A DNA stretch of 64,000 nucleotides from the IMG/VR virus record IMGVR_UViG_3300023110_000008; one strand, written 5' to 3'. Positions 45,114 to 54,569 of the stretch are shown here, one piece after another. The position numbers and the translations under genes are program-made. Numbering within the stretch: position 1 is the first letter of the stretch; each line of letters starts with the position of its first letter. This DNA comes from an uncultured virus (IMG/VR IMGVR_UViG_3300023110_000008). Taxonomy: Duplodnaviria; Heunggongvirae; Uroviricota; Caudoviricetes. The notes beneath the pieces are model-generated. The model saw only the letters and a list, made by a program, of their open reading frames with translations. It was not told where the DNA came from and made no database searches.

Positions 45114-45497
45114 TTATTGCTTCCCGAATGCTTTACCAGCTTCTGCAATACCAAATGACCCTAATGTTACCACAACAAATGATGTGTAGATTGTGTCTGA
45201 TATTACTAAGTCTACGCCATTAAGACCTGTGATTAGGTCAACAATACCAAAAGCAACCATCATTGCAAATGATATGAAACCTATAATTGATTTTTCGTTA
45301 ATTGCATTGTCATCCATGAAAAGAGCACCAAGTGAAAACTTCTCTTTAGGCTTTGCTTCGATAGCTGCCTTTTTGAGGTCTTTGGTTATCTCTTCCATTT
45401 CTTTGATCTTGTCGTTAGCATCATCTAACTTTAACATTAGATCAGTATACTTTTCGAGATCAATGTTGACTTCGTTTCTGTTGTCTACTTCGCTCAT
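45114..45497 (-). CDS. coiled-coil plus 2-TM membrane protein (holin-like candidate)
   Basis: NEKSIIGFISFAMMV...SFVVVTLGSFGI; SD AAGGA. Confidence 0.6.
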   Translation of the reverse strand: MSEVDNRNEVNIDLEKYTDLMLKLDDANDKIKEMEEITKDLKKAAIEAKPKEKFSLGALFMDDNAINEKSIIGFISFAMMVAFGIVDLITGLNGVDLVISDTIYTSFVVVTLGSFGIAEAGKAFGKQ

Positions 45498-45498
45498 T

Positions 45499-45642
45499 TT
45501 AATTCCTTTTACGTTTACTATTCGCCTGTCTCATTCTCTCGTTTTCTTTTTCAATGTGTTCTTTCAGAAGATTTAGGTAAATTTCCCTTTCCCATGGAAT
45601 CATATTCTCAAGTTCTGTTAAACTGTACTTATGATACTGCAT
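45499..45642 (-). CDS. gp51: baseplate hub assembly catalyst (gp51-like); frame stays open upstream into the gp26 3' end
   Basis: MQYHKYSLTELENMIPWEREIYLNLL; not in ORF track. Confidence 0.85.
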   Translation of the reverse strand: MQYHKYSLTELENMIPWEREIYLNLLKEHIEKENERMRQANSKRKRN

Positions 45643-45695
45643 CAAAGTAAAGTTTGTTTTATAATAACTTATAAAGTTATCATGTGAAAGGGCTA

Positions 45696-46403
45696 CTAAA
45701 AAAAATTCTGTAAGCCTTTAATCTGTCTAACTCTTTCATCCTTACATTTAGGGCAGACAGTTTTTGTTGTAAGCGACAATGTTGGAATGTCTTCATAGAA
45801 TTTAGTAATTTTACTAAATTGGTCTACAGTTAAACTATCTACAAACTTGTCTATTTCTGAATCAGGATATTCATCTAATTCATAAACATTCTCGCTGTCG
45901 ATAATTCGTCTCATGGACATCCTCATCATTTTTTTGTTTTGCAGTTCTTCATCTTTTGTATCAGTGATGTCGATTAACTGCTGGGCAGATGGATATTTTA
46001 AATCAACAAACAATTCTTCTGTGAGTTGAACTCTATCTTCTGCCTTGTAGTTGCCTACAACTTCTACGTCTAAAAGATTTAACTTTGATGGTATCTCGCC
46101 ATCGCATTCATCTTCTACACAATTGAATGTTACACTAGCCGTTTCACCGATAGACTTTGTTCTTATTTGTAAAAACAAATATTCTATATCTGTTGTTGTT
46201 AACTCTTTGACATCAACAGAACCGTCTGAAACAGATGTAACTATTCCTTCTAGCGCCTTAAATATTTCTTTTTGACTATCACTTTCTTTTGCCAATAACA
46301 AATTTCTTTGTTCTTTAACAAGAAATGGTCTGTAAGTCACTTCTTGTTGACTAATAGGCAGTGTAGTCGTAAACTTAGGCGCCGCCTGTATTGGTAATTC
46401 CAT
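45696..46403 (-). CDS. gp26: baseplate hub subunit / assembly chaperone (gp26)
   Basis: YRPFLVKE, DIEYLFLQIR.KSIGE, CPKC, terminal GLQNFF. Confidence 0.9.
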   Translation of the reverse strand: MELPIQAAPKFTTTLPISQQEVTYRPFLVKEQRNLLLAKESDSQKEIFKALEGIVTSVSDGSVDVKELTTTDIEYLFLQIRTKSIGETASVTFNCVEDECDGEIPSKLNLLDVEVVGNYKAEDRVQLTEELFVDLKYPSAQQLIDITDTKDEELQNKKMMRMSMRRIIDSENVYELDEYPDSEIDKFVDSLTVDQFSKITKFYEDIPTLSLTTKTVCPKCKDERVRQIKGLQNFF

Positions 46404-46417
46404 AATTTATCTCCTAA

Positions 46418-47164
46418 TTAACCAAAGAGACCACTTAAGTCTCTCAGTCTATTTTCAAATCTATTTAAAGTCTTACTCTTATTACCAAAAACTCCGAGTA
46501 AATCTCTTAAAGCACTAATGCCTCTTATTCCTCTATTTAGACCGCTAACGTTTGACGGTTTTTCATATGAAACATCAAACGTTCTGTAAGCAATAGTGCA
46601 TTCAAATTTCATAATTTCATCTGTAGATTCCCAAGATAATTCTTGAGCTGCAAATGCTACGGGATATGCTTCGTACAATGTATATTTTAAAGCACTATCT
46701 CCTTTTCTTGTTAATTGTGTAATTTCTACTTGGCCAACATAATCATTATAGTAAGAGAAAATAGGCATTGCAGAATTGCCTGTACTTTCTGAACCTGTGT
46801 AGACTATGGATTGCCAAGCATCTATTATAAATCTATCTGCAAACGTTGAGTCACATAAAAATGTAAATGTAGCTTCGTCATGTTGTGTTTGAAATGGCAT
46901 CTTTCTTGTTGCGCCATATTCTGAAAACTCTGTTGTTTCTAATGTTCTACCAGGCAATGTGGCGCTGATACATCTAATACCTTCGAACTTAAAACCTGAT
47001 AATTTTTCAGGTAAAAATAGATTTACAAGAAATCTATTTGATCTAGCACCTTGATCAAAATTAAATCTAAGACGATCTATGTTTAATTCTTCTCTTTGTT
47101 TTCTTCGTTTCTTAGCTGTAGTTACGGTTTCTCCGTATTTGTCTACATTGTAATCTTCTGCCAT
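46418..47164 (-). CDS. tail tube initiator / tube-like protein (gp54/gp19-like)
   Basis: GARSNRF, TLPGR, AYPV...L.W....I..F...Y. Confidence 0.7.
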   Translation of the reverse strand: MAEDYNVDKYGETVTTAKKRRKQREELNIDRLRFNFDQGARSNRFLVNLFLPEKLSGFKFEGIRCISATLPGRTLETTEFSEYGATRKMPFQTQHDEATFTFLCDSTFADRFIIDAWQSIVYTGSESTGNSAMPIFSYYNDYVGQVEITQLTRKGDSALKYTLYEAYPVAFAAQELSWESTDEIMKFECTIAYRTFDVSYEKPSNVSGLNRGIRGISALRDLLGVFGNKSKTLNRFENRLRDLSGLFG

Positions 47165-47172
47165 TTTTTATC

Positions 47173-47769
47173 CTATGATGATGTTAATACCTTTAAACTG
47201 TCTGCATAAACTTTTGTGACTGTATCTTTTTCGAATTGTGCAAGTGGTAACATTGCAACTATGTCCCAATATTCAGGCAGAATTTCCATTGCTGTGCCTT
47301 GAATATGGTCCATCCTATATTTCTTTAAACAAGGTTTGAAATATTTCATACGTGTGACGCTACTTAATATTTTATAAGTCATACGTATACGAGTTGTTTC
47401 ATCGTAGTTTTGATTGTTAGTATACTTGAATAATTCATCTAACAATCTAGCACGATAACGAGGTGGTATGTAATGCAAGTTTAAACCTAGAAAAGTCTTA
47501 TTTGCATAGTTCATCTCTATCATCAATACGCATGGAAAAGTATCATAGTAAGGCAATACTTCTTCATACTTTGCTATGTAAAAGAAACAGTACATTCTAC
47601 CGTCAAGAAGTCTAGCAGTTTTTTGTGTCCCTTGACGTGTGTTCGTATAGAATCTATCTGAGGATATTTTTAGTCTTCGAATTCGTTTCGTCAGCCATTT
47701 CATGGCATCAGCTGATCGTCTTCGCAATCCGCTAGGTGTTTCTTCAGCTAATCTCTTTAATAGACTCAT
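47173..47769 (-). CDS. gp2: DNA end protector protein (gp2)
   Basis: G.MY.F.Y..K...LPYYD.FP, FLGLNLHYIPP..R..L, KPC.KKY. Confidence 0.9.
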   Translation of the reverse strand: MSLLKRLAEETPSGLRRRSADAMKWLTKRIRRLKISSDRFYTNTRQGTQKTARLLDGRMYCFFYIAKYEEVLPYYDTFPCVLMIEMNYANKTFLGLNLHYIPPRYRARLLDELFKYTNNQNYDETTRIRMTYKILSSVTRMKYFKPCLKKYRMDHIQGTAMEILPEYWDIVAMLPLAQFEKDTVTKVYADSLKVLTSS

Positions 47770-48608
47770 TTGCTATTATTTATGCTGATCGTAAAATTTT
47801 CCGTGTCTATTATTCTATTGTTTTGGGGGTGTAATTCTAAAAAGTAACGTAAATCTTCAAAACTAAAGACGTATGTACCCTTTGTTTCGACTACAACGCC
47901 TCCTGTCTCGCCTGAGAGGTCGAATAATTCACGAATGTTATATCTCACGTCACCCCTAAGGATCGGCTTGGAACGCAAATAGGAGTCTCGAATTTCTTTG
48001 GAAGTGTCTAAAATACCCCTAATTGACTCATCAGCGTGCATTTCGATGATAATATTAGAAATATTTCTTGCTAGACTTTCCGTTTTAAACATACTCAACC
48101 ATTCATTGAAATTTAACTCTTTAAAACGTGAAAATTCACCTGTATTATCCCAAATGATCACAGGTTCGTCAAACTTACGTGTCTGCCGGATTGCATATAC
48201 TCGAGCAGTTCCTGGATGTATGTAAATTCCTTGTGTTGATGGCAACTTAGGTGCTTTGAAGTGCGTAAAAGGCCGTTTGTACAACCCTTGAATAGGCGAA
48301 TAGAGTCCAGTTGTCTTTATTTCGTTAATTAGATAACCGATCTTAAGTGCGTGAAATGCTTTGGTCTGATTTTGTTTTGCGGATATGAGATCGCCAGGTT
48401 CCCATTCGTTTTCTATGTCTCGTAGAAGTGCTTCGACAAATAAACATAGATTATGATCAGTGTAATCTCTTATACCAAATCCCCAATCACTTAAATCTCT
48501 ATAAGTACAGAGTCTTGGTACACTGATACAATTGTAAAATGCTTCTTCTAGGTCGACATCATGAATATGATAGTCAGTTCTAATCTCTTCTGATGGTAAA
48601 CGACTCAT
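47766..48608 (-). CDS. hypothetical protein, ParB/sulfiredoxin-like candidate (paralog A)
   Basis: FHALKIGYLI...GLYSPIQ...IHPGTAR...IIWDN...DLRYFLEL. Confidence 0.6.
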   Translation of the reverse strand: MSRLPSEEIRTDYHIHDVDLEEAFYNCISVPRLCTYRDLSDWGFGIRDYTDHNLCLFVEALLRDIENEWEPGDLISAKQNQTKAFHALKIGYLINEIKTTGLYSPIQGLYKRPFTHFKAPKLPSTQGIYIHPGTARVYAIRQTRKFDEPVIIWDNTGEFSRFKELNFNEWLSMFKTESLARNISNIIIEMHADESIRGILDTSKEIRDSYLRSKPILRGDVRYNIRELFDLSGETGGVVVETKGTYVFSFEDLRYFLELHPQNNRIIDTENFTISINNSK

Positions 48609-49449
48609 GTTCTACGATATGTTGTGTTGCTGGAAATAACTCTAAGAAGTATCTCAAATCTTGCTTCTGAAATACGTAATCGTTCTTCGTTTCTACGGTT
48701 ACGCCTTCTCCTTCTGTTCTAAAGTATTCTGTTATTTCATCATCACACTTGCCTTTCAAAACAGGCAACTCTCTTTTGTACATATCTCTCATCGATGACA
48801 TCGTTGCGATAAGATCGCTTCTTTCTTCGCCTACATGCATTTCTAAAATTTCACCATCAACATTTGCACCAAACTTATCACGTTGCGTATTAGAGAACAC
48901 ATCCATCCATTGATCGAATGATAAAGGTTCAGTATCAAATTTGTTGTAATTGTCCCAAACGATGACCTTTTTGTCTAATGCTTCCATTTGTAAATAAGCA
49001 TGAACACGTGACATACCTGGATGGAAAAAGATTTGGTTTTCTTTTGTCATTTTACTTTGTAATGTTGAGTAAAGACCTACTGTTCGTTCTTGGCTGATCA
49101 ACCAAGATATCTTACAAGCATGATAGAAGTGATTGTAGAATTCTCCTTCTAACAAGTGACCGTTTTCTTTTGTTAAATTAGGTACGTCTGATACGATACC
49201 CTTAATTAGATAAGTAGCGTAGTCTACTAAATGACTGTAGTTATAATTACCTGCACCAACCAGATGTTTATCTTTAAGTTCACCATAAGTTGTTAGATAT
49301 GGTTTACGTCTGTTTTCACAAATCCATTCGAAACATTCTTTCATTTCATTAAGAATAGTTCCTTGTTGATCATCGTTAGCTAAAAAGAAGTGTTTAAACT
49401 TCTCGTGTTTGCTAATACCTGTTTCTACTACATCATCAATTAAACGCAT
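48580..49449 (-). CDS. hypothetical protein, ParB/sulfiredoxin-like candidate (paralog B)
   Basis: YHACKISWLI...GLYSTLQ...FHPGMSR...IVWDN...DLRYFLEL. Confidence 0.6.
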   Translation of the reverse strand: MRLIDDVVETGISKHEKFKHFFLANDDQQGTILNEMKECFEWICENRRKPYLTTYGELKDKHLVGAGNYNYSHLVDYATYLIKGIVSDVPNLTKENGHLLEGEFYNHFYHACKISWLISQERTVGLYSTLQSKMTKENQIFFHPGMSRVHAYLQMEALDKKVIVWDNYNKFDTEPLSFDQWMDVFSNTQRDKFGANVDGEILEMHVGEERSDLIATMSSMRDMYKRELPVLKGKCDDEITEYFRTEGEGVTVETKNDYVFQKQDLRYFLELFPATQHIVEHESFTIRRD

Positions 49450-50188
49450 TTATAAATTTCTCCACTCTTGTTAAATCTTCTGGTGTGTCTACTGATAAAC
49501 CCTCATCATCGACTTTGACCATTTTTACATCATAACCATTTTCTAAGAATCTTAACATCTCTACAGATTCAGCACTTTCTAATGGACCAACTTTCAATTT
49601 TGGAAACATTTCCAATTTTTCTCTACTGAACATATACAGTCCTAGTTGTTGATTGAATGGCACTTCTACTTTTTGAGTAAACGGTATACCATAGCGAGAG
49701 TAATAAATGGCAGTATCATTAAGACCAAGAACAGTCTTAACAACGTTTCTATCGTGAAGTTTGTAATCATCTTTAACTTCGACATAAGCATTTGTTACTC
49801 CAATATTGTCATCGTGTGAGTCTATTAATTTATCAATCGCATCTGGATTGATCAAAGGTTCATCACCTTGTATATTTACAAAATGTGTACCGTCTACTAA
49901 CTCTAAGACTTTTGAACACCTGTCTGTACCAGTCTTGCATTCTTCATTAACAACGATACAACGAATACCTTTGATTGAACAGTATTGACTAATACGTTCA
50001 TCGTCTGTTAGTACAACAATAGTGTCAAGTCTTTTTGACATGCAAGCCCGATCAAAGACTCTTTGAATCATTGGTACGCCATTGATGAGTGCTAGAGGTT
50101 TACCCTCAAAACGAGTCGAGTGCCACCTTGCAGGTATAAACCCTACAGTGAGAGGAGTTGTTCTATTTGGTTCACTGAGACTTCGCAT
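49436..50188 (-). CDS. kdsB: 3-deoxy-manno-octulosonate cytidylyltransferase (CMP-Kdo synthetase)
   Basis: IPARWHSTRFEGKPL, TGTDR, NIQGDEP, YYSR..IP, LE..E.VE.LRFLENG, VDTPED. Confidence 0.9.
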   Translation of the reverse strand: MRSLSEPNRTTPLTVGFIPARWHSTRFEGKPLALINGVPMIQRVFDRACMSKRLDTIVVLTDDERISQYCSIKGIRCIVVNEECKTGTDRCSKVLELVDGTHFVNIQGDEPLINPDAIDKLIDSHDDNIGVTNAYVEVKDDYKLHDRNVVKTVLGLNDTAIYYSRYGIPFTQKVEVPFNQQLGLYMFSREKLEMFPKLKVGPLESAESVEMLRFLENGYDVKMVKVDDEGLSVDTPEDLTRVEKFINAFN

Positions 50189-50745
50189 TTCACTTGTCCA
50201 TATCCATAATTTGCATGTATAAAATCTACGCCTGCTCTCTGAGCACATTCGCAATCACTTTGCATATCGCCGATGTAAACTGTATCTTTGGGATCGATAT
50301 TACAAAATGCAATAGTATTTAGTAGTTGATCAGGAGAAGGTTTTCCTCTGAGGCCTTTTTTAGGTGAACAGATAAAGTCAAACTCAGGAAATCCTAATGA
50401 CTCTAATACTGTTTTTGCTCTAACGCCATCTTTAGATGTGCAGATTGCAATCTTACAACCTCTGTTTTTTAGTTCTTCTAATACTTCGAATGTTTTTGGA
50501 TATATTTCTATTTTATCTAACATAGTGTTAGACATTTCATCGTAAGTCTTTTTAATACTAACGTGATCATGGTGTATACCAATTTCTTCTAGTATATCAT
50601 TAAATGGTTTACCAATATGTTTGGCATATTCTTCGAATTGAATTTCTATTCTGTGGTTTAATTGTACAATACCCCACGATAGTTTCATATTTGGTAGAGA
50701 ATCGATTAAGACGCCGTCTAAATCAAAAACGTAAAGCTTCTTCAT
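50143..50745 (-). CDS. HAD-superfamily phosphatase (Gph-like)
   Basis: FDLDGVLIDS, CTSK, KPSPD, YIGD..SD...A..AG. Confidence 0.88.
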   Translation of the reverse strand: MKKLYVFDLDGVLIDSLPNMKLSWGIVQLNHRIEIQFEEYAKHIGKPFNDILEEIGIHHDHVSIKKTYDEMSNTMLDKIEIYPKTFEVLEELKNRGCKIAICTSKDGVRAKTVLESLGFPEFDFICSPKKGLRGKPSPDQLLNTIAFCNIDPKDTVYIGDMQSDCECAQRAGVDFIHANYGYGQVKCEVSVNQIEQLLSL

Positions 50746-51194
50746 TTGTTTTTAGGTAAAATCTCCCTTTCTGTTAGTATTCTGAAATTCAACTTTCTGT
50801 CATCGCAGTATTCTTGAGCTGCTTTAAATTTCGCCTGATTTATTATGTATGTGTTTACTTCTGTTAAATATCGTTTAGTACGTCTAGTAGGTTCTTTTGG
50901 TGGAAACAATTGTTTGTGCGGTTTAACTTCTATGATTTCTCTTATCACTTGACCATGTTTATTCACATACTTAATATAAAAGTCTGGAAAATATCTATGT
51001 ACTCTTTTGTCTAAAGGTGATCTATAAGGTATGATAAGTTCTTCACTACCCCATTCAATGATACTTTCATTGTTATCACAATAGACCATGAATCGTCTCT
51101 CTAATAGAGATCGATAAAATATCCTTGTTGGATCACCCTTATATTTTTTATAGTTCTTGGGTTTAAACCTTCCACTATATGGTTTTTTTGACAT
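50742..51194 (-). CDS. gp4: head completion nuclease (gp4)
   Basis: Y.G.FKP.N..KY.GD...I.YRS..E, W.SEE..IPY, HRYFPDF, IEVKP, NQAK. Confidence 0.92.
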   Translation of the reverse strand: MSKKPYSGRFKPKNYKKYKGDPTRIFYRSLLERRFMVYCDNNESIIEWGSEELIIPYRSPLDKRVHRYFPDFYIKYVNKHGQVIREIIEVKPHKQLFPPKEPTRRTKRYLTEVNTYIINQAKFKAAQEYCDDRKLNFRILTEREILPKNK

Positions 51195-51225
51195 AAATAA
51201 CTAAAAGACTTTCAAGGTATTTATA
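51192..51225. promoter_or_regulatory. overlapping opposite-facing late promoters
   Basis: CATAAATA (+, 51192-99) and TATAAATA (-, 51218-25) in the 35 bp gp4/gp48 gap. Confidence 0.65.
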
Positions 51226-51229
51226 ACAC

Positions 51230-52354
51230 ATGGCATATATCGATAAACTCATCAAAAAATTCAATAAGATTCAAGGTTCAATAAACTCTTTAAAAGGGGT
51301 AGCAGCTAAAATACAAGCTATCAACTATAACACTGCTATTGATCAATTAGCAGATCAAGTTGAAGAAGCAGAAAACAGAATCAATAAAAGAAGAACAAGT
51401 CTTGAAAAATCTTTGTCTGGAGTTGCATTAGCCAATACAGACGCTAAACAAGCACCTAAAATGGCGGAGAAAGGTTTGGTCTATCCTTATCATGATGAGT
51501 TAGCTAACTACTTAGTCTTTGATATTAGACCAAGACAAGATGGTGCCGATACAAGAGTTAATATTGGTGATGAAGAAACTAAGTTTACAATGCCAGATGA
51601 AATTGCTTTGTATATACCAGATACTTTAATTTCACAAGCAGCTGTACAGTACTCAGAAGAAGGCATAGGAACATTTCAAAGAGCAATTTCTAAAATAGCA
51701 GACGCCTTTGGTTCAGGCGACCTTTTAGGTACTATGAAAGATCAAGGTATGAAAGTAGGTAAAGAGTTTGCCATCAATATGTTGAATGAGTTGTCAGGTG
51801 GACTTACAAATTTAAAACAAGGTCGAGCATCAAATCCTCAAAAAGAATTGTTACTACAAGGTCTAGGTTTTAGAACATGGGATTTTACATTTGACTTCTT
51901 ACCAAGATCAGAAGAAGAAGCAAGTCAAGTAAAAGAAATTATTACAACGTTTAGATATGCAATGTTACCAGCTGTAACAACAGGAAAACTCTTTGCTGGT
52001 GATAAAGAACAGGAAGATGCAAAAAAAGCAGGTCTAAATGTTGATGAAGAAGGAAATTTCTTTAATTATCCTAATGTGTTTGATATAAGTTTTAGTGGTC
52101 CTCTTGGCGATCAAATTGACGGATTTTTACCATCAGTTTGTACAAACGCACAGGTAGATCATACTGGCGGTCAAAAGTTTTCTGCATATGAAGACGGTAT
52201 GCCAATCAAAACCACTTTAACACTTCAGTTTCAAGAAATTAGAATTTTACATCAACAGAATTACAATGTAGTTAGAGCAGGCGGTGGCGGCCGACTACTA
52301 AAAGATTCTATAAGAGATACAGAGACAGACCTTGCACCAGACCCTAACGGATAA
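51230..52354 (+). CDS. gp48: baseplate tail tube cap (gp48)
   Basis: IALYIP, NP..ELL.QG..FR...F.F...PRS.EE...V..II..F, L.L.FQE. Confidence 0.88.
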   Translation: MAYIDKLIKKFNKIQGSINSLKGVAAKIQAINYNTAIDQLADQVEEAENRINKRRTSLEKSLSGVALANTDAKQAPKMAEKGLVYPYHDELANYLVFDIRPRQDGADTRVNIGDEETKFTMPDEIALYIPDTLISQAAVQYSEEGIGTFQRAISKIADAFGSGDLLGTMKDQGMKVGKEFAINMLNELSGGLTNLKQGRASNPQKELLLQGLGFRTWDFTFDFLPRSEEEASQVKEIITTFRYAMLPAVTTGKLFAGDKEQEDAKKAGLNVDEEGNFFNYPNVFDISFSGPLGDQIDGFLPSVCTNAQVDHTGGQKFSAYEDGMPIKTTLTLQFQEIRILHQQNYNVVRAGGGGRLLKDSIRDTETDLAPDPNG

Positions 52355-52359
52355 TAATT

Positions 52360-53088
52360 ATGGCAAAACAATTCTTTAAAAATTTTCCCGAAATCAAAGT
52401 AACCTTAGACTCAGGTAAGGTTGTTCGTATAAAAGACTTTTTTAGAAAAAGTAAAATAGAACAAGAAGCAGTCAACGCAATTGTTGAATATACAAAATAT
52501 GAAATAGTTGATGGTGAGAGACCAGATATTTTAGCTACTAAACTGTATGGCAGTGGCGACTTGCATTGGACATTTTTCTTGGTCAATGACTTTGAGAACT
52601 ATTACGACTGGCATAAAGACAACGCCACTTTTGAAAAGTATATAAACACAAAATACAATGGTCTAGTTATAACAGCCAATAGTTCTACAGATATAGTATC
52701 ACGTAATGCAGCTACTGGCGCAGTCACCAAGTTTTTACTAGGTGAAGATGTCACCAGTATTTCTGGTAAAGGCAATATTATACATTTAATGCCTGAGAAA
52801 AAACAAATCGTAGTGGATGGAAAAGGATTCACTACAACTGAAACGCTAACAGGTAAAATATCTGGTGCTAGTTTTACACCAAAGAGTGTAATTGATCATA
52901 GAGATGCTCCAAGCTATTATAAAAAAGCTGATGGTACAAGAACAAATGTACCAACAACTGATTACGTTGCTGTAAGTAACTATGATCACGAGTATGAGCA
53001 TAACGAAGAAAAAAGAACAATTAAAATTATAAAACCAAGTTTAATAAATGGAATAGTCAAAAAATTTGAACAAGTAATGTCATCATGA
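52360..53088 (+). CDS. gp53: baseplate wedge subunit (gp53)
   Basis: FF..FP, Y.I.DGERPD..A.KLYG...LHW, NYD.E...NE.KR.I.I. Confidence 0.9.
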   Translation: MAKQFFKNFPEIKVTLDSGKVVRIKDFFRKSKIEQEAVNAIVEYTKYEIVDGERPDILATKLYGSGDLHWTFFLVNDFENYYDWHKDNATFEKYINTKYNGLVITANSSTDIVSRNAATGAVTKFLLGEDVTSISGKGNIIHLMPEKKQIVVDGKGFTTTETLTGKISGASFTPKSVIDHRDAPSYYKKADGTRTNVPTTDYVAVSNYDHEYEHNEEKRTIKIIKPSLINGIVKKFEQVMSS

Positions 53089-54569
53089 GCCAAAACTTCC
53101 TACCAGGTGAGTTAACTGTCGAAATGGTCATGTTAACCAACCAAGAACAAGAATCAGTAGATATCAGAAATTTAGTTACTGATATTACCATCTTTGAATC
53201 TATCGATAGTCCTTTTCTCTCTGGTCGTGTTTCAGTTGCAGATGGTTTAGGAATTTTAGAAGATTATAAAATTACAGGTCAAGAAAGTTTAACTATCAAA
53301 TACCGTGTTAAAACGGTTGTATCAGATGATGGATTCACAACAGAAGAGAACTCTATCTACAGAACTTTTAGAGTTTTCAGCGTATCAGATGTAGACGATG
53401 TAGATTTAAAACTTAAAACTTATGTATTAAATTTTGTCGATCCAAAATTATTTACGTGTAGAAAAGTTAGAATCAATAGAGTGTTGAGGGGTTCAATGTC
53501 TGAAATACTTTTGAAGGTTTTAAACAAAGATGCTCAATTTGAAAAACTACCAAGACAATATCAAATAGAATGGTGGGAAAAAACAAAAGGTGTACAACAA
53601 ATAGTTCCAACAAATTGGTCTATTATGAAAACAATAAATTATTGTGTAGACAATGCCGATCCTGAAATAAAAGGACCTTACAAAAATAGTTGTTTCTTAT
53701 ACAGTTCTCTAAATGGCGGTTTTAAATTCATGTCATTAGGTTCGATGTTAAATGGTCAGTTTGAACAAGAGATACCATTTACTTTTTATCCTAGAAACGC
53801 AGATATAGACCAAGAAAAATACGCACCAGAAAGTCCAGAAGGATTATCGACTCAGATATTAAGTTTTTATACACAAGAGAGCGGAAATACATTTCGAGGT
53901 TTAGAGGACGGCGCATATTCTTCAAAATTAATAACATACGATCCTGTCAGAAAACTTGATGCTGAATACTATTTTGATCTAAAAGAAAATTTTGAAAAAA
54001 ACAAAGACTCTCATCTTTCAGGATTTGCAATGATACGTACAGGCGATTTTGAAGTAACACATGAAGGTACAGATGTTTCACGTGATACAGCTGAAGCGCA
54101 AGAAATCTTTGTTGACTATCCATTACATCAAACATATTTGTCAGGTGGTCACATCGAGTATAGAGTAAATCCTACAAATGCATACTCAGACGAGGCTAAG
54201 TTAATTGACGATACTACAAATTCAGCAAAGACACAACCAGTTGGAAATGAATTCAGAGACAATGCAATTTTAGAAAGAAATGCTATGTTGAATCTTTTAT
54301 CTCAATTTGCCATTTCAGTAACTATACCTATGAGAACTGATATAATGGCAGGACAGATTGTAACACTAATTCTACCTAAACATAAAGTGTCTGGCGATAA
54401 GAATATTTTAAATGACAACAGATATCTAATTACTAAAATAGTACATAATGTAACACCATCTCAACATAGAGGTATGATGAATCTAATGGTAGTTCCTGAA
54501 AGTTACAAAAACAAAATAGAAGATATCCAAGCACTTGATAACTATGAAGGACCAATAAACGATGATTAG
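53085..54569 (+). CDS. baseplate hub protein (gp27-like)
   Basis: IFESI.SPFLSG...D, Y.IT.I.H; position between gp53 and gp5. Confidence 0.65.
   Translation: MSQNFLPGELTVEMVMLTNQEQESVDIRNLVTDITIFESIDSPFLSGRVSVADGLGILEDYKITGQESLTIKYRVKTVVSDDGFTTEENSIYRTFRVFSVSDVDDVDLKLKTYVLNFVDPKLFTCRKVRINRVLRGSMSEILLKVLNKDAQFEKLPRQYQIEWWEKTKGVQQIVPTNWSIMKTINYCVDNADPEIKGPYKNSCFLYSSLNGGFKFMSLGSMLNGQFEQEIPFTFYPRNADIDQEKYAPESPEGLSTQILSFYTQESGNTFRGLEDGAYSSKLITYDPVRKLDAEYYFDLKENFEKNKDSHLSGFAMIRTGDFEVTHEGTDVSRDTAEAQEIFVDYPLHQTYLSGGHIEYRVNPTNAYSDEAKLIDDTTNSAKTQPVGNEFRDNAILERNAMLNLLSQFAISVTIPMRTDIMAGQIVTLILPKHKVSGDKNILNDNRYLITKIVHNVTPSQHRGMMNLMVVPESYKNKIEDIQALDNYEGPINDD

Noticed and set aside
43954..45576. Plus-strand ORFs 43954, 44563, 44968, 45193 and similar antisense ORFs elsewhere (e.g. 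29046, 31612, 56387)
   Set aside because: Shadows of real genes on the opposite strand, with Ser/Leu/Phe-rich composition and no start signals.
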